NCBI RefSeq assembly: GCF_963921235.1
Contig: NC_086100.1
Location: 199,518,001-199,582,000, forward strand
Reading direction: 5' to 3'
From: Mobula hypostoma
Taxonomy: Eukaryota
Length of the DNA: 64,000 bases
Part shown: positions 1-12,589 of the stretch, piece by piece
Numbering within the stretch: position 1 is the first letter of the stretch
Layout: each line of letters opens with the position of its first letter
Notes under the pieces: model-generated
Database searches by the model: none
Seen by the model: only the letters and a program-made list of their open reading frames with translations
Told to the model about the DNA's origin: nothing
Made by a program: the position numbers and the translations under genes

Positions 1-207
1 ATGGCCGATCGGGTCTCGGGCGAAAGCCAGCCTGTTGATTTTTGGTGAATGAGCAATTTTATAGGAAAATGTAACCCTGAAATTTGTCTGCATTCTGTAA
101 GTTAGCGCATTTTAATTCGACTTAGCCAAAAAAAGTGCCGCTGTAATGCACCATTTGCGTTAATTGGAGGTCACAAACAGAACATGAGAGTTTTAGTAGT
201 ATATAGA
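1..207 (-). mobile_element. Probable 5' end of a non-autonomous Helitron-like element, running off the window
   Basis: Minus strand begins A|TCTATATACTACTAAAACTC, matching the Helitron 5' TC terminus after an A. It abruptly interrupts a CR1 reading frame. The 3' end is outside the window. Confidence 0.45.
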
Positions 208-782
208 TATAACTGAAAAATCTTTTAGCATCCTGCTTTATATTATCAGGTAGTTTGCCCTCATATTTCATAGTTTCCCTTCTTATAGCTTTTTTCGTTG
301 TCTTCTGTTGGATTTTAATAGCTTCCCAATCATCCAATTTCCCACTCACTTTTGCTACCTTACATGCCCTTTCCTTGGCTTTTATACAGTCCTTAGCTTC
401 CCTTGTTAGCCCCAGTTGCCTACCCCTGACACTTGAGAAGTTCTTCCTCTGTGGAACATATCTATCCTGTGCCTTGTGAGCTGTTTCCAGAAACTTCAGC
501 CATCCCTGCCAGTATTCCCCTCCAATCCACCTGGGCAAGCTTCTCTCTCATGCCTCTGTAATTCCCTTTATTCCATTGTGATACTGATACATATGACTTT
601 GGCTTCTCCCTCTCAAATTGTAGTATGGATTTAATCATATTATCATCACTTCCTCCTCTGAGTACCTTTACGTTAAGCTCCCTAATAGGATCTGGGTTAT
701 TACACAACACCTAATCGAAGATTGCCTTTCCCCAGTAGGCTCAAGCACAAGCTACTCTGAAAAGCCATCTCATGGCATTCCA
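208..782 (-). mobile_element. CR1 LINE ORF2 fragment (endonuclease-RT linker), degenerate
   Basis: ORFs 462..710 and 122..538 (KGNYRGMREKLAQVDW, NIKQDAKRFFSYI) are homologous to the CR1 ORF2 at 46500-47430. Confidence 0.85.
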
Positions 783-789
783 CTGCTGT

Positions 790-1175
790 GTACATACATC
801 TATTGATGCTTCTGGACACATCTTCAGTGATGTTCCTGGAATCATCGGGTGTTTCGGGTCTTTCAACATCATACAACCTCCTCCAGGTGACCCAGCCGGG
901 GCTGATCAGACCCCAGCTTGTGTCCAGATGGCTAGCTACTTATGACTCCATGGCTCCCCTCTTTTGAGCCACAGCCATCGTGAGGCCCTCTCTGCCGCGT
1001 CGGTGGTACTGCGGATGGCTCTCCTCTTCCTCTCTCCCTCGCTGCCCAAAATGCTGAAGGCTCTAACTAAAGAACGGGCTTCGAATCCCCTACAGCCAAC
1101 CTCCACTGGGAGACACCTTGCTCTCCATCCGGCCTGCTGACAGTTGCTGACCAGTCCTGTGTACTTGGAGAACTC
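790..1175 (-). mobile_element. 3' end of an RLE-type non-LTR retrotransposon (R2 group, HERO-like)
   Basis: Minus translation SKYTGLVSNCQQAGWRARCLPVEVGCRGFEARSLVRAFSILG...AAERASRWLWLKR resembles the HERO restriction-like endonuclease C-terminus. A 3' UTR containing GACCCGAAACACCC follows. Confidence 0.75.
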
Positions 1176-1177
1176 TG

Positions 1178-1985
1178 CCGTATTATTTGTGAAATCCTAC
1201 GTTGGATCAAACTGCCGTTACGTTGTTAGTGCAAGGCAAGGTCCAATTTATGTTGGGAGCAATCTCTCCCAACAACACCAAACATTGCTATGTGCTGCCA
1301 GAGTGAAGGGTCTCCTTGAAAACCTGCCTGGATACGATCAATACCGATCATTGAAAACTCACCATTTACAGAGTTTTGGACTGTTGGAGTCTGAGTGCAC
1401 CAACAGTTGTTTTCCTCACCCAGCCACGGTGACGCTCAGCCATCAGAGCGAATGGATCACATGTTATCCCTCCTGAGCAATCACCATCCTTGTTTTAATT
1501 TCAAACAACTCTTCACGCAGAAAATGCCGAAACAAGTTTGCTGAGCCCCAGCTAATACACCTGTGGAGGACGAAAGGGAGCTTGTTAATATGGCTGAGAG
1601 TCTACACTCAGCTTTCTCTACCTCAATAAGCCCAGTCAGCCAGCCCCCAGCTTAAGGACCCCCGTGGCTGCGAAACAGACAATGCCAGGCCTGTGTTTTT
1701 ACCTCGCTTGTTTTGGTATGGACACCAGAAAGTGCCAACTGCCTGGCAGCTTTGACAGTGCCAGCGCATCTGGACGTTGGAGGTCTGTGAACACAGTGGG
1801 TTCCAGCTGCCAGGGATGTTTACTGTTCATTACAGACACAAATTCGGGGCGATGTTTCCTGTGTGACACAGGAGCTCAAGTGAATGTGCTGCCAGTATCA
1901 CTTATTGATCAGATGGCAAAGAGCAACGAAATACATTGGAGTTTGCCAACGGCAGCAGGATCCAAACCTATGGGACATCGGGGTC
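1178..1985 (+). mobile_element. Degenerate Gypsy (CsRN1-type) gag-protease relic
   Basis: Frameshifted peptides LLENLPGYDQYRSLK..FGL, HMLSLLSNHHPCF, LCFYLACFG..RKC and FLCDTGAQVNVLP align with the gag/PR of the element at 53351-55306. Confidence 0.8.
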
Positions 1986-2236
1986 AATGTTGGGACTGCT
2001 GTTTTTTATGATGTGTGTCAGTGATTTGGACTGTTGAATTAATGAATTTGTGGATAAATTTGCTGATGATACAAAGATAGGCGGAGGAGCGGGTAGTGTT
2101 GAGGAAACAGAGGCTGCAGAGAGACTTAGGTAGTTGAGGGAAATGGGCATAGAAGTAGCAAATGAAATGCAATATTGGAAAGTGTCTGGTCATGCACTTT
2201 GGTGGAAGAAATAACCAGGCTGACAATTATTTAGAT
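1986..2236 (+). mobile_element. CR1 RT fragment
   Basis: KFADDTKIGG motif and downstream KCLVMHFGGRN. Confidence 0.8.
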
Positions 2237-2715
2237 GGAAGTAGTGTTTTTGTTTGTGTTTGGGTCCCATGCAGCAACTGCATATTCCAAATGTGGCCTA
2301 ACAGTGGTGAGGTACAACTTCTCCTTAACTGAAGCTGAACAATGATGAAAATTGCGTCGCAAAAACTTTAGGACTCCTGTTGCATGATGCGTGTGACTAT
2401 TACAGCGTAGATCGTTCTGGATTTTGATACCAAGATGCTTGATATGTTTGGTTTCTTCAAGGGTGACACCTAGGATTTTATATGATGTTTTACCTGGTTT
2501 TCTCTGCCTGGTGACACGCATGGTTTCACATTTGGAAGGACTGAACTGCATGCTCCGTTGTTGAGACCACTCAACCATACTATCAAGATCTTTTTGGAGA
2601 GCATCTTCATCATCAGTTGACTTAATCGGCCGATATATCAAACAATCATCAGCAAAAATTCTGGTTGTGCTTGTGACTTTTTCGTGGATGTCATTAATGT
2701 GAAGTAAAAACAAAG
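2237..2715 (-). mobile_element. Non-LTR RT fragment (CR1/L2 group, a family distinct from the dominant CR1)
   Basis: ORF 2231..2713: IFADDCLIYRPI, LQKDLD, LRRNF, VRPHLEYAVAAWDP. Confidence 0.8.
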
Positions 2716-3544
2716 TAAGATGATAAAAATATTAAATCAACAAGAAAGTAAACTGCTTGACCAGGAAGGACGATCACGACGGAAAAATATCAGGATATAC
2801 AAAGTTCCCGAAGGAGTGGAGGGTTTGTCAATGATTGAGTTTGTAGGAAAATTGCTGCAGGATGTGCTAGAGATTCCCTCCACTATGGAGCTTGAAATTG
2901 AGAGGGCGCGTCGTGCACTCGTCCCGAGGCCTACTGGAGACAGAGAAGATAAGCCACACTCAAAAGTAATTAGATTCCTTTGATATAGTACAAAGGTGGA
3001 GATTCTACGAAGAGCCTGGGGTAAGAAGAGGGTGTTTTTGGATGGGAAATTAATATATCTCGATCAAGATTACCCCCCGGCGGTCCTGCAGAAATATAAA
3101 GAACACTCTATAGTAAAGCAAATATTAAAGCAAGGAAAAATTAGATTCCAAACTCCGTCCCGTGCAAAACTGCGGGTGTTTTATGAAGATGATATGCAAT
3201 TGTATCAGACAGTGGAAGAGGCGACTGCAGACATGAGGAACAGAGGGCAGCCCGTCAGCGTGATCAAACCGAGGGAAAGCCTGGCTGAGCAGTTATCCCG
3301 ATCTGCTTGGGAAATAGTAAAACAACCGAGAAAGCAGGGGATGGGAGGAGGGCGAGAGAATATCAGGAAGAGACTGTGAGTTTTCCAAACCCCCTCCAGA
3401 AGAGCCATAAGGTTTGGCTAACTTTAAAAGTGTTGATAAGATAAACGGAAGCAGAGAGAGACGGTGCTATACCTACTTCAAGAAATACTTATTATGTGGA
3501 ATTTATATTACTCAATTTTTTTTTATTCAATCGTTCACTCCTTT

Positions 3545-4378
3545 CATAGTCATAGTCATACTTTATTGATCCCAGGGGGAAATTGGTTTTCGTTACAGTT
3601 GCACCATAAATAATAAATAGTAATAGAACCATAAATAGTTAAATAGTAATATGTAAATTATGCCAGTAAATTATGAAATAAATCCAGGACCAGCCTATCG
3701 GCTCAGGGTGTCTGACCCTCCAAGGGAGCAGTTGTAAAGTTTACAACAGGAATTCTGCAGATGCTGGAAATTCAAGCAACACGCATCAAAGTTGCTGGTG
3801 AACGCAGCAGGCCAAGCAGCATCTGTAGGAAGAGGTGTAGTCCACGTTTCAGGCCGAGACCCTTCGTCAGGACTAACTGAAGGAAGAGTGAGTAAGGGAT
3901 TTGAAAGTTGGAGGGGGAGGGGGAGATCCAAAATGATAGGAGAAGACAGGAGGGGGAGGGATGGAGCCAAGAGCTGGACAGGTGATAGGCAGAAGGGGAT
4001 ACGAGAGGATCATGGGACAGGAGGTCCGGGAAGAAAGACGGGGGGGGGGGGACCCAGAGGATGGGCAAGAGGTATATTCAGAGGGACAGAGGGAGAAAAA
4101 GGAGAGTGAGAGAAAGAATGTGTGCATAAAAATGAGTAACAGATGGGGTACGAGGAGGAGGTGGGGCCTTAGCGGAAGTTAGAGAAGTCGATGTTGAAGT
4201 TGTAAAGTTTGATGGCCACAGGCAGGAATGACTTCCTATGACGCTCTGTGCTGCATCTCGGTGGAATGAGTCTCTGGCTGAATGTACTCCTGTGCCCACC
4301 CAGTACATTATGTAGTGGATGGGAGACATTGACCAAGATGGCATGCAACTTAGACAGCATCCTCTTTTCAGACACCAC
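3545..4378 (-). mobile_element. Rex1/Babar-type LINE 3' fragment inserted between the L1 ORFs
   Basis: Near-identical to 56013-56350. (CATAGT)n tail; RCSTERHRKSFLPVAIKLYN C-terminus. Confidence 0.8.
3743..4197 (-). mobile_element. Penelope-like element terminal fragment with 13-bp TSD
   Basis: AGTTGTAAAGTTT is duplicated at 3730-3742 and 4198-4210. The uninterrupted site is visible near 56169. Same family as 11383-12562. Confidence 0.85.
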
Positions 4379-6631
4379 CCCACTTTTTCCCCACTTTTTC
4401 CCCACTTAAATGAGAATATGGGAGGAATACACAGGGAAATCTTTTCTGTGTAATGGACATAGACTTGTTCACTTATTTTTATGGGTACTGTAATGGGGCC
4501 CCCAACTCACAGGGAGGAGCGGCTGTCCCCACGGCTAGACGTTTCCTCTAACTCAACCCACGGTCATCTACTGGAGACCTCGGCCTTGGAATCACAGCTT
4601 CATTGCCTTTTTTCAATTATTCGTGTTTCTTGTTTCTTATTTGTTCAGGGAGTGGATCAATTAAGTTTTATTCTGCTAATTTCAATGATATATTGACAGA
4701 TAAATACACATGGCTAAGGACAAAGTAAAATTCATTTCTTTTAATGACAATGGGCTGTTAAATCCAATCAAACGCAGTAATATTCTATCCAAAATGGAAA
4801 AAGAACAAGCCCATGTAGTATATTTACAGGAAACTCACTGCAGCGATAATGAGCATGGAAAACTAAAGAGAATGGGCTTCACTAATTTGTTTTTCTCCTC
4901 ATATAAATCAGGACATAGGAGAGGAGTTGTTATTCTTATCTCAAGCAAGCTAAATTTTGAAGAATTATTTGAAATGGGAGATACGGAGGGCAGATATATT
5001 CTGGTAAGGGGGAATATAGATGGAAATTCAGTTACTCTATTGAATATATATACAACCCCAGGAAGTAATATTAGTGTCTTTCAGAAAATTACTAATATTA
5101 TCGTTACAGAAATTCTCCTGATATGTGGGGGAGACTTAAATTTACAATTACAACCAAAGTTAGACTCTTCCAATAGAAAAACCTATGAAACAAAATCCTT
5201 ACATAACGGAGTTAATACACTTTTTGAGGATGTTGGTTTAATTGATAAATGGAGGGCTCTTTTCCCCGACAGAAGGGATTACACTTATTATTCTGTCCCC
5301 CCCACCATTCCGTATATACAAGAATAGACTATTTCATAACATTTGGAAAAGACAAAGACCTGTGGAATTGGGACAATAGATGTGAGTGTTCATGCACCTA
5401 TACATTTATCTGTTGATTTTGACCTACAGCCAAAGAATACTATTTGGAAACTAAATTCAAGTCTACTCAATGATCCCTACTTTAAGGAACAAATTAAAAA
5501 CAAATTGGTCTTTACTTAGAATTCCCCTCCCATTCTATGGGATTCTCTGAAGGCTGTCTTAAGAGGGAAAATTATAGTGATATCATCATGTAAGAAAAGA
5601 AATGAGGATAAAACATTGGAGGAATTACAAAATAGGCTGAAGGAACTAGAAAAAAATCACAAATTGAATTTGGCAGAGGATACATTAGAGGAAATTTTTA
5701 AAAATAGGAATGAAATTAATAGTTTGGCTGTGCTAGAAATCAGGAAAAATTTAATGTTTCTGAAACAGACATTATGAAAGTGGTTCGAAGCCTATGAAAA
5801 TACTGGCGTGGAAACTGATGAAAAAGATGGCAAAAAATACAATTCATAGACTTAGGGATCCAAGAACAAAAATGATAAAAAAGTAAGCTATGTGAAATTC
5901 AAGAAGCTTTTGAAGTGTTTTACAGAACTCTATATTCCAAAGTTCCAGGGGGAAGCATAACCCAAATTGACACTTTCCTGAATTCTCTAGAGTTACCCAC
6001 TTTAAGCGAAGAACAAAATAGAACGATGACTGCTGACATAACTGAAGTTGAACTAAAAGCTGCAATCAGTGGGCTTAAATTAAGCAAGTCACCAGGTTCA
6101 GAAGGGTATTCGGCAGAGTGGTACAAAGAATTTAAAAATGAGTTAATTCCTGTCTAACTACCCACACTGAATTGGGGTCTAAAAAAGGAACAAATGCCAC
6201 CCAGCTGGAAGGAAGCGATGATATCAGCTACACAGAAAAAAGGCAAGGATAAAATGGAACTTGGGTCATTTAGACCAATATCTGTTCTTAATGTAGATTA
6301 TAGATTATTTACCTCCATCATGGCCAAACGATTAGAAGAGTTTCTACCCGTACTGATACATAAGCATCAGACAGGTTTTATACAACAACACCAAACACAA
6401 GACAATATACAAAGGACACTTCACATTATGGATCATATACAAAAATATAAAATCAGAACAATAGTGATAAGCATGGACACTGAAAAGGCATTTGAATTGG
6501 TTAATTGGAATTTTCTTTACAGAGTGTTACATAGACTTGGTTTCCATGACACAATTATTCAAACTACACAAGCACTATATGACAACCTTACTGCTAGAAT
6601 TAAAATCAATGGATATTTATCAAATAATTTT

Positions 6632-6805
6632 AGACCATAAGACAAAGGAGCAGAAGTAGGCTATTCGGCCCATCGAGTCTGCTCCGCCATTTTATCATGA
6701 GCTGATCCATTCTCCTATTTAGTCCCACTCCCCCGCCTTAACCATAACCTTTGATGCCCTGGCTACTCAGATACCTATCAATCTCTGCCTTAAATACACC
6801 CAATG
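6632..6805 (-). mobile_element. CR1 3' UTR fragment inside L1 ORF2
   Basis: Homologous to CR1 3' ends at ~35745 and ~56720. Confidence 0.7.
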
Positions 6806-7276
6806 CAATTATCAGCCTATATATATAAAAAAAGGAAGCTATAACAAGATGGAATCTAATTCCTTTTTTATGTCTCGGTTCAAGGATTGAATCTATTAAA
6901 ATGAATATATTGCCCAGACTATTATATCTCTTTCAGACCCTACCAATAGAGATTAATCAGAATCAATTCAATGAATGGAACAAAATGTTATCAGGATATA
7001 TATGGAAAGGGAAAAGGCCCAGAGTTCGTCTCAGGAAAAGGCGGATGGGGTCTACCTTCTTTTAGAGATTATTATTTTGCAGCACAGTTGACAGCTGTGA
7101 TATGTTGGTGCAACCCATCATATCATGCTGAATGGAAAAACATTGAAGAGGGGATACTTTTCATCCCCATACAGGCAATTTTGGCTGATAACAACTTACA
7201 AAGGTACATAAATACTATTGATAATCCATGGGTGAAATGGACTCTTAAAATATGGAAAACTATTATATAAGAATAT

Positions 7277-7370
7277 AACACATCAAAGTTGCTAGTGAAC
7301 TCAGCAGGCCAGGCAGCATCTCTAGGAAGAGGTACAGTCGACGTTTCAGGCCGAGACCCTTCTCAGGACC
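7277..7370 (-). mobile_element. Short Penelope terminal fragment
   Basis: Matches 3780-3875; contains a damaged hammerhead motif. Confidence 0.8.
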
Positions 7371-7537
7371 TCAGTAAATTCTCTCAAATTCAATCCCTCC
7401 AGCAATGAAGGCCAACATTCCGTATTCCTTCTGATAGCCTGTTGCACCTGAAAACCAGCCTTCTGTGAGTCATGCACAAGCAATCCCAAACCCCTCTGCA
7501 CAACAGCACGCTGCAATCTTTCACCATTTAAATAATC

Positions 7538-9728
7538 TGAGAGAAAACGGCCGCGAAGCTGTTTTCTAAATCTCGATCACCCTCCAAATTACAGGTCGCA
7601 CTTTTTACACTCAGCCCCGATGTTTATCGTTCAGCTCAGAGAAACCTGCCGCGAAGCTGTGCTCTCGAAATTTCCATCACCCTCCTGATTAACAGGTAGC
7701 TCTTTCAATGCAGCCCTGACGTTTTTTGTCCAGCTCTGAGAAAATTGCCGCGAAGCTGTGCTCTCTAAATCTCGATCGCCTCCTGATTAAAAAGTAGCAC
7801 TTTTTACACACAGCCCTGACGTTGATTGTCCGGCTATGAGAAAATTGCCGCGAAATTCAGCTTTTCAGAATTGAGAATTTCAGAACTGACTGAAAGGTAG
7901 CTCTTTTTCACACACTGCCTCCAGCTGACAGGCCGCTCAACAACTCAGAGAAACCGCCGCGAAACTTGTCTTTTCTCGATCGCCCTCGTGATTAAAAGGT
8001 CGGTTTTTACACTCATCCCCGATGTTTATTGACCGTCTGAGAGAAAAGCGCCGCGAAGCTGTTTTCTCTAAGTCTCGATCGCCTTCCAAATTAAAAAGCA
8101 GCTCTTGTTATGTAACCCTGGCGTTCATTGACCGTCTGAGAGAAAACTGCCGCCAGTGAAGCTGTTTTCTAAATCTCGATCGCTCTCTAAATTAAAGGGG
8201 TAGCTCTTTTTACACTCAGCTCTGATGCTTATTATCGAACTGAGAGAAAATTGCATCGAAGCACTGTTTACAAAATCTTGAACGCAGACATGACAGAAAG
8301 GTAACTCTTTCATTATGCACTCCATCTTGCTGATTGGTCGTTCCGCAAATCAGAGAATCTGCCACGAAATTATTGCCTCGATAGCCCTCCTGAATAAAAG
8401 GTATCTATTTTTTTACACTCAGCCCTGATGTTTATTGTTCCACTGAAAGAAAACTGCCGCGAAGCTCTGCTTTCTCATCTCGATCGCCCTCCTGAATAAC
8501 AGGTATCTCTTTTCACTCAGGTTGAAGTCGATTCTCCGACTGAGGAAACTGCCGTGAAGCTCTGCTTTTGAAGTCTGGGAGCGGAGCTGAGTGAAAGCAG
8601 CTCTTTTGTACACACTGCCTCTTGCTGATCGGTCACTCCTGAACCAGAGAAACGTCCGTGAAACTCCCGCCTTCTACATCTCCATCGCCTCCTGATTAAA
8701 AGGGAGCGATTTTTACACACCGCACGACCTTGTTCGTCCAACTAAGTGTAAACTGTCGCGAAGATTGGAGGTGTAATAAACAGTGAGGAAGGTTTTCAAA
8801 GCTTGCAGAGGGACTTGGACCAGCTGGAAAAATGGGCTGAAAAATGGCAGATGGAGTTTAATACAGACAAGTGTGAGGTATTGCACGTTGGAGGGACAAA
8901 CCAAGGTAGAACATACAGGGTTAATGGTAAGGCACTGAGGAGTGCAGTGGAGTAGAGGGATCTGGGAATACAGATACAAAATTCCCTAAAAGTAGCGTCA
9001 CAGGTAGATAAGGTCGTAAAGAGAGCTTTTGGTACATTGGCCTTTATTAATCAAAGTATTGAGTATAAGAGCTGGAATGTTATGATGAGGTTGTATAAGG
9101 CATTGGTGAGGCCGAATCTGGAGTATTGTGTTCAGTTTTGGTCACCAAATTACAGGAAGGATATAAATAAGGTTGAAAGAGTGCAGAGAAGGTTTACAAG
9201 GATGTTGCCGGGACTTGAGAAACTCAGTTACAGAGAAAGGTTGAATAGGTTAGGACTTTATTCCCTGGAGCGTAGAAGAATGAGGGGAGATTTGATAGAG
9301 GTACATAGAATTATGATGGGTATAGATAGAGTGAATGCAAGCAGGCTTTTTCCACTGAGGCAAGGGGAGAAAAAAACCAGAAGACATGGGTTAAGGGTGA
9401 GGGGGGAAAAGTTTAAAGGGAACATTAGTGGGGGGCTTCTTCATACAGAGAGTGGTGGGAGTATGGAATGAGCTGCCAGACGAGGTGGTAAATGCGGGTT
9501 CTTTTTTAACATTTAAGAATAAATTGGACAGATACATGGATGGGAGGTGTATGGAGGGATATGGTCCATGTGCAGGTCAGTGGGACTAGGCAGAAAATGG
9601 TTTGGCACAGCCAAGAAGGGCCAAAAGGCCAGTTTCTGTGCTGTCGTTTTTCTATGGTTTCTAAGTTCTGCTTTATAAATCTCGATAGGTTTCTGATTAA
9701 AACGTAGCTCTTTATGCACAGCCCTGAG
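7538..9728. repeat. Degenerate ~100-bp tandem array (13 units), last unit split by a CR1 insertion
   Basis: The anchor GAGAAAAYTGCCGCGAAGCT recurs near 7551, 7649, 7748, 7848, 7957, 8051, 8150, 8253, 8362, 8457, 8552, 8656 and 8756. The last unit resumes at 9664. Confidence 0.9.
8764..9663 (+). mobile_element. 5'-truncated young CR1 LINE
   Basis: ORF 9037..9471 LYKALVRPNLEYCVQFWSP...LERRRMRGDLIEV; 3' UTR ending TTTCTATGGTTTCTA. Confidence 0.92.
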
Positions 9729-9788
9729 GTATTAGGGAAGTTGAAGTCCCCCATGATAACAACCCTATTGTTTTTACAGAATCTTATG

Positions 9789-11383
9789 CAGGGGTGCAGT
9801 GCTAACTTTTTAGGTGCCGGAGCTGACGAAATGCTTCCATTTCCTATATCCTCTCTCTATGTATGTGTGTCACACCCAATTTGTGTACCTGCTCATTTCA
9901 TGTATTGAGCAACTTCCTTGCCCCATTCATGTAATGAGCAGCTACACAAATTGGGTGTGACATATACATATATGAATAGGGCTTCATATAATCTCAAGCA
10001 CTAAACCAAGATGAAAGAAATATATGAATTCCAGAGCTCCACAGAAATATAGTGATAGTTAAGACATTAACATAGCCTATCACTACATTCCAGTGCATAC
10101 CTGGTAAAATAAAACATATAATACTTAATTTAATAATATGACAAAGTATTGCATGGTTGCCTTCACTAATTATCATAAAATATAAATATCAAGCAAGTAA
10201 AGAAAAAGACGGTAAATTTTACCACTTTAAAAGTAATTACCTACTTACCAAATGCCACCAATGAGAAGTTTCACAATAATTCCTACAAAGGGTCAGATGT
10301 AATATGTGTTTGGGGGTCTGAAGCAACTTTTGTCCTGGTGTCATCTGGAGATCTGTGGTACCACAGCCATGATGTGACATACGGCTCAGGATTCCACTGA
10401 ACTAGAGGAGGTCCATGTAGTTACAAACATCAGTGCTGATGCATGATTTATGAGAATTCTTCAGCATGTTGTTATTATCAAATTCATGTGACTGAATCCT
10501 CGCTCACACTCAGCAGTACTAATAGGAATAACTTGTGAACAGCTCAGTAACGGGCGTAAATCTTGGGGGATGCGGCGTTCACCATCCGCCACATAATCTC
10601 TGAAGGCATTTATTACAGAGGAAGAAGAAAGCTTAAACCTCTTACAGAGAGATGATATTGCAGCTTCTCCATAATCAGGCGGTATTTCAGCAGGCCAGTT
10701 ATCTTTATCAAGGACTCACATTTCATTTAGCAGGGATTTATACGTACTTTGAGGTTTAGAAGTATGAAAACCTTTCAAGGATATTGCTGTGAACATATGA
10801 TGCTGCAAATTGTTTATAAGACTAGTAAGAAACTGTAGATAATTAATGGAAACAATTTTGTTGTTGCATTTCTGTAAACCCTCTGACAGTAAATCAAGTT
10901 CATGCAACGTGTCATACATTAGAGCTAAGTCCAATAGAAACTGTTCTGAAGAGTCTTTTCAACAGATCTTCATAGGTTTTGCTGTCTCTCCCAGATATTG
11001 TTTCATCCTTCATTTCTTTTCAAAATGAAAACACAGTGCTTCATAATTTTGCCACACTGCTGAAACTGTTCGAAATGAGCTAGCTACCCACCTGGTGCCC
11101 AGAACATGGCCTATTTTGCAAATCTGTTGTTCTGGTTGAGAGGCACTCTCAGACAGTTCCTTTTGATTTAGAGGTGATCTACTGTAAACAGAGTACAATT
11201 TGTCCATGAATGATTGAAGATTATTTATTCCATGAACTTCCCTCACCAAATCACCTACTGCAAGTTCTAATCTGTGATTAAGACAGTGCCAAATTTTCAC
11301 ATCAGGATAGTGTTCCTTGAGAATTGTGGCAACACCGGAGTTGACACCAAGCATTATGCTCGCCCCATCACTAGCAAATGCTA
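9789..11383 (-). mobile_element. hAT transposon 3' half (ZNF862/KIAA1586-like transposase), degenerate
   Basis: FASDGASIMLG, WHCLNHRLELAV, LGTRW, IPISTAECERGFS. Probable terminus CAGGGG at 9789. Confidence 0.85.
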
Positions 11384-12562
11384 ACACGAGGAAATCTGCT
11401 GATGCTGGAATTTCAAGCAACACACATAAAATTTGCTGGTGAACGCAGCAGGCCAGGCAGCATCTCTAGGAAGAGGAACAATCGACGTTTTGGGCCGAGA
11501 CCCTTCGTCAGGACTAACTGAAAGAAGGACTAGTAAGAGATTTGAAAGTGGGAGGGGGAGATCTGAAATAATAGGAGAAGACAGGAGGGGGAGGGATGGA
11601 GTCAAGAGCTGGACAGGTGATTGGCAAAAGGGATATGAGTGGATCATAGGACAGGAAGCCCAGGGACAAAGAAAAGGGGGGAGGGGGGAAACCAGAGGAT
11701 GGGCAAGGGGTATAGTGAGGGGGACAGAGGGAGAAAAAGGAAAGAGAGAAAAAGAATGTGTGTATATAAATAAATAATGGATGGGGTACGAGGGGGAGGT
11801 GGGGCATTAGCGGAAGTTTGAGAAATCAATGATCATGCCATCAGTTTGCAGGCTACCCAGATGGAATATAAAGTGTTGTTCCTCTAGCTACCCAGACGGA
11901 ATATAAGGTGTTGTTCCTCCAACCTGAGTGTGGCTTCATCTTTACAGTAGAGGAGGCCGTGGATAGACATATCAGAATGGGAATGGGATGTGGAATTAAA
12001 ATGTGTGGCCACTGGGAGATCCTGCTTTCTCTGGCGGACAGAGCGTAGGTGTTCAACAAAATGACCTCCCAGTCTGCGTCGGGTCTCGCCAATATACCGA
12101 AGGTCGCATCGAGCGCACCGGACTCAGTCTATCACCCCAGCAGACTCACAGGTGAAGTGTTGCCTCACCTGGAAGGACTGTCTGGGCCCTGAATGGTGGT
12201 AAGGGAGAAAGTGTAAGGGCATGTGTAGCACCTGGTCCACTTACAAGGATAAGTGCCGGGAGGGAAATCGGTGGGGAGGGGTGGGGGGGGTGTGCGAATG
12301 GGGGGCTTCCCTTCCTCCACCATCAACTCTGCTCTCAAACTCTTCTCCCCCATTTCACCACATCTGCTCTCACTCCGTCCTCCCGCCACCCCACTAGGAA
12401 TAGGGTTCCCCTCGTCCTCACTTGCCTCCGGGTCCAACATATAATTCTCCGTAACTTCCGCCACCTCCAACGGGTTCTCACCACTAAGCACATCTTTCCC
12501 TCTCCCCTCTCTCTGCTTTCCGCAGGGATCGCTCCCTACATGACTCCCTTGTCCATTTGTCC
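11383..12562 (-). mobile_element. Penelope-like element (GIY-YIG region plus terminal repeat) with inverted 5' segment
   Basis: Minus strand: PGTYPC..CYTCPY..TTIQGP, SFQVRQHFTCES, YIGETRRRL. Segment 12300-12562 reads on plus (GFPSSTINSAL, RNFRHLQR). Confidence 0.9.
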
Positions 12563-12589
12563 CTGTACCTTTTTTCTATGGTTTCTAAG

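Larger units (their letters stand above)
2716..7276 (+). mobile_element. Degenerate L1-clade LINE (ORF1 2716-3379; ORF2 EN-RT 4710-7270) with nested insertions
   Basis: ORF1 DQEGRSRRKNIRIYKVPEG. ORF2 EN motifs ISFNDNGL, YLQETH, GGDLN. RT motifs KSPGSEGY, FRPISVLNVDY, QTGFI, GGWGLP. Many stops and frameshifts; part of the RT core is missing. Confidence 0.9.

Noticed and set aside
7538..8763. CRISPR-like array
   Set aside because: Whole units are homologous and degenerate, with no unique spacers or cas genes, in a eukaryotic context.
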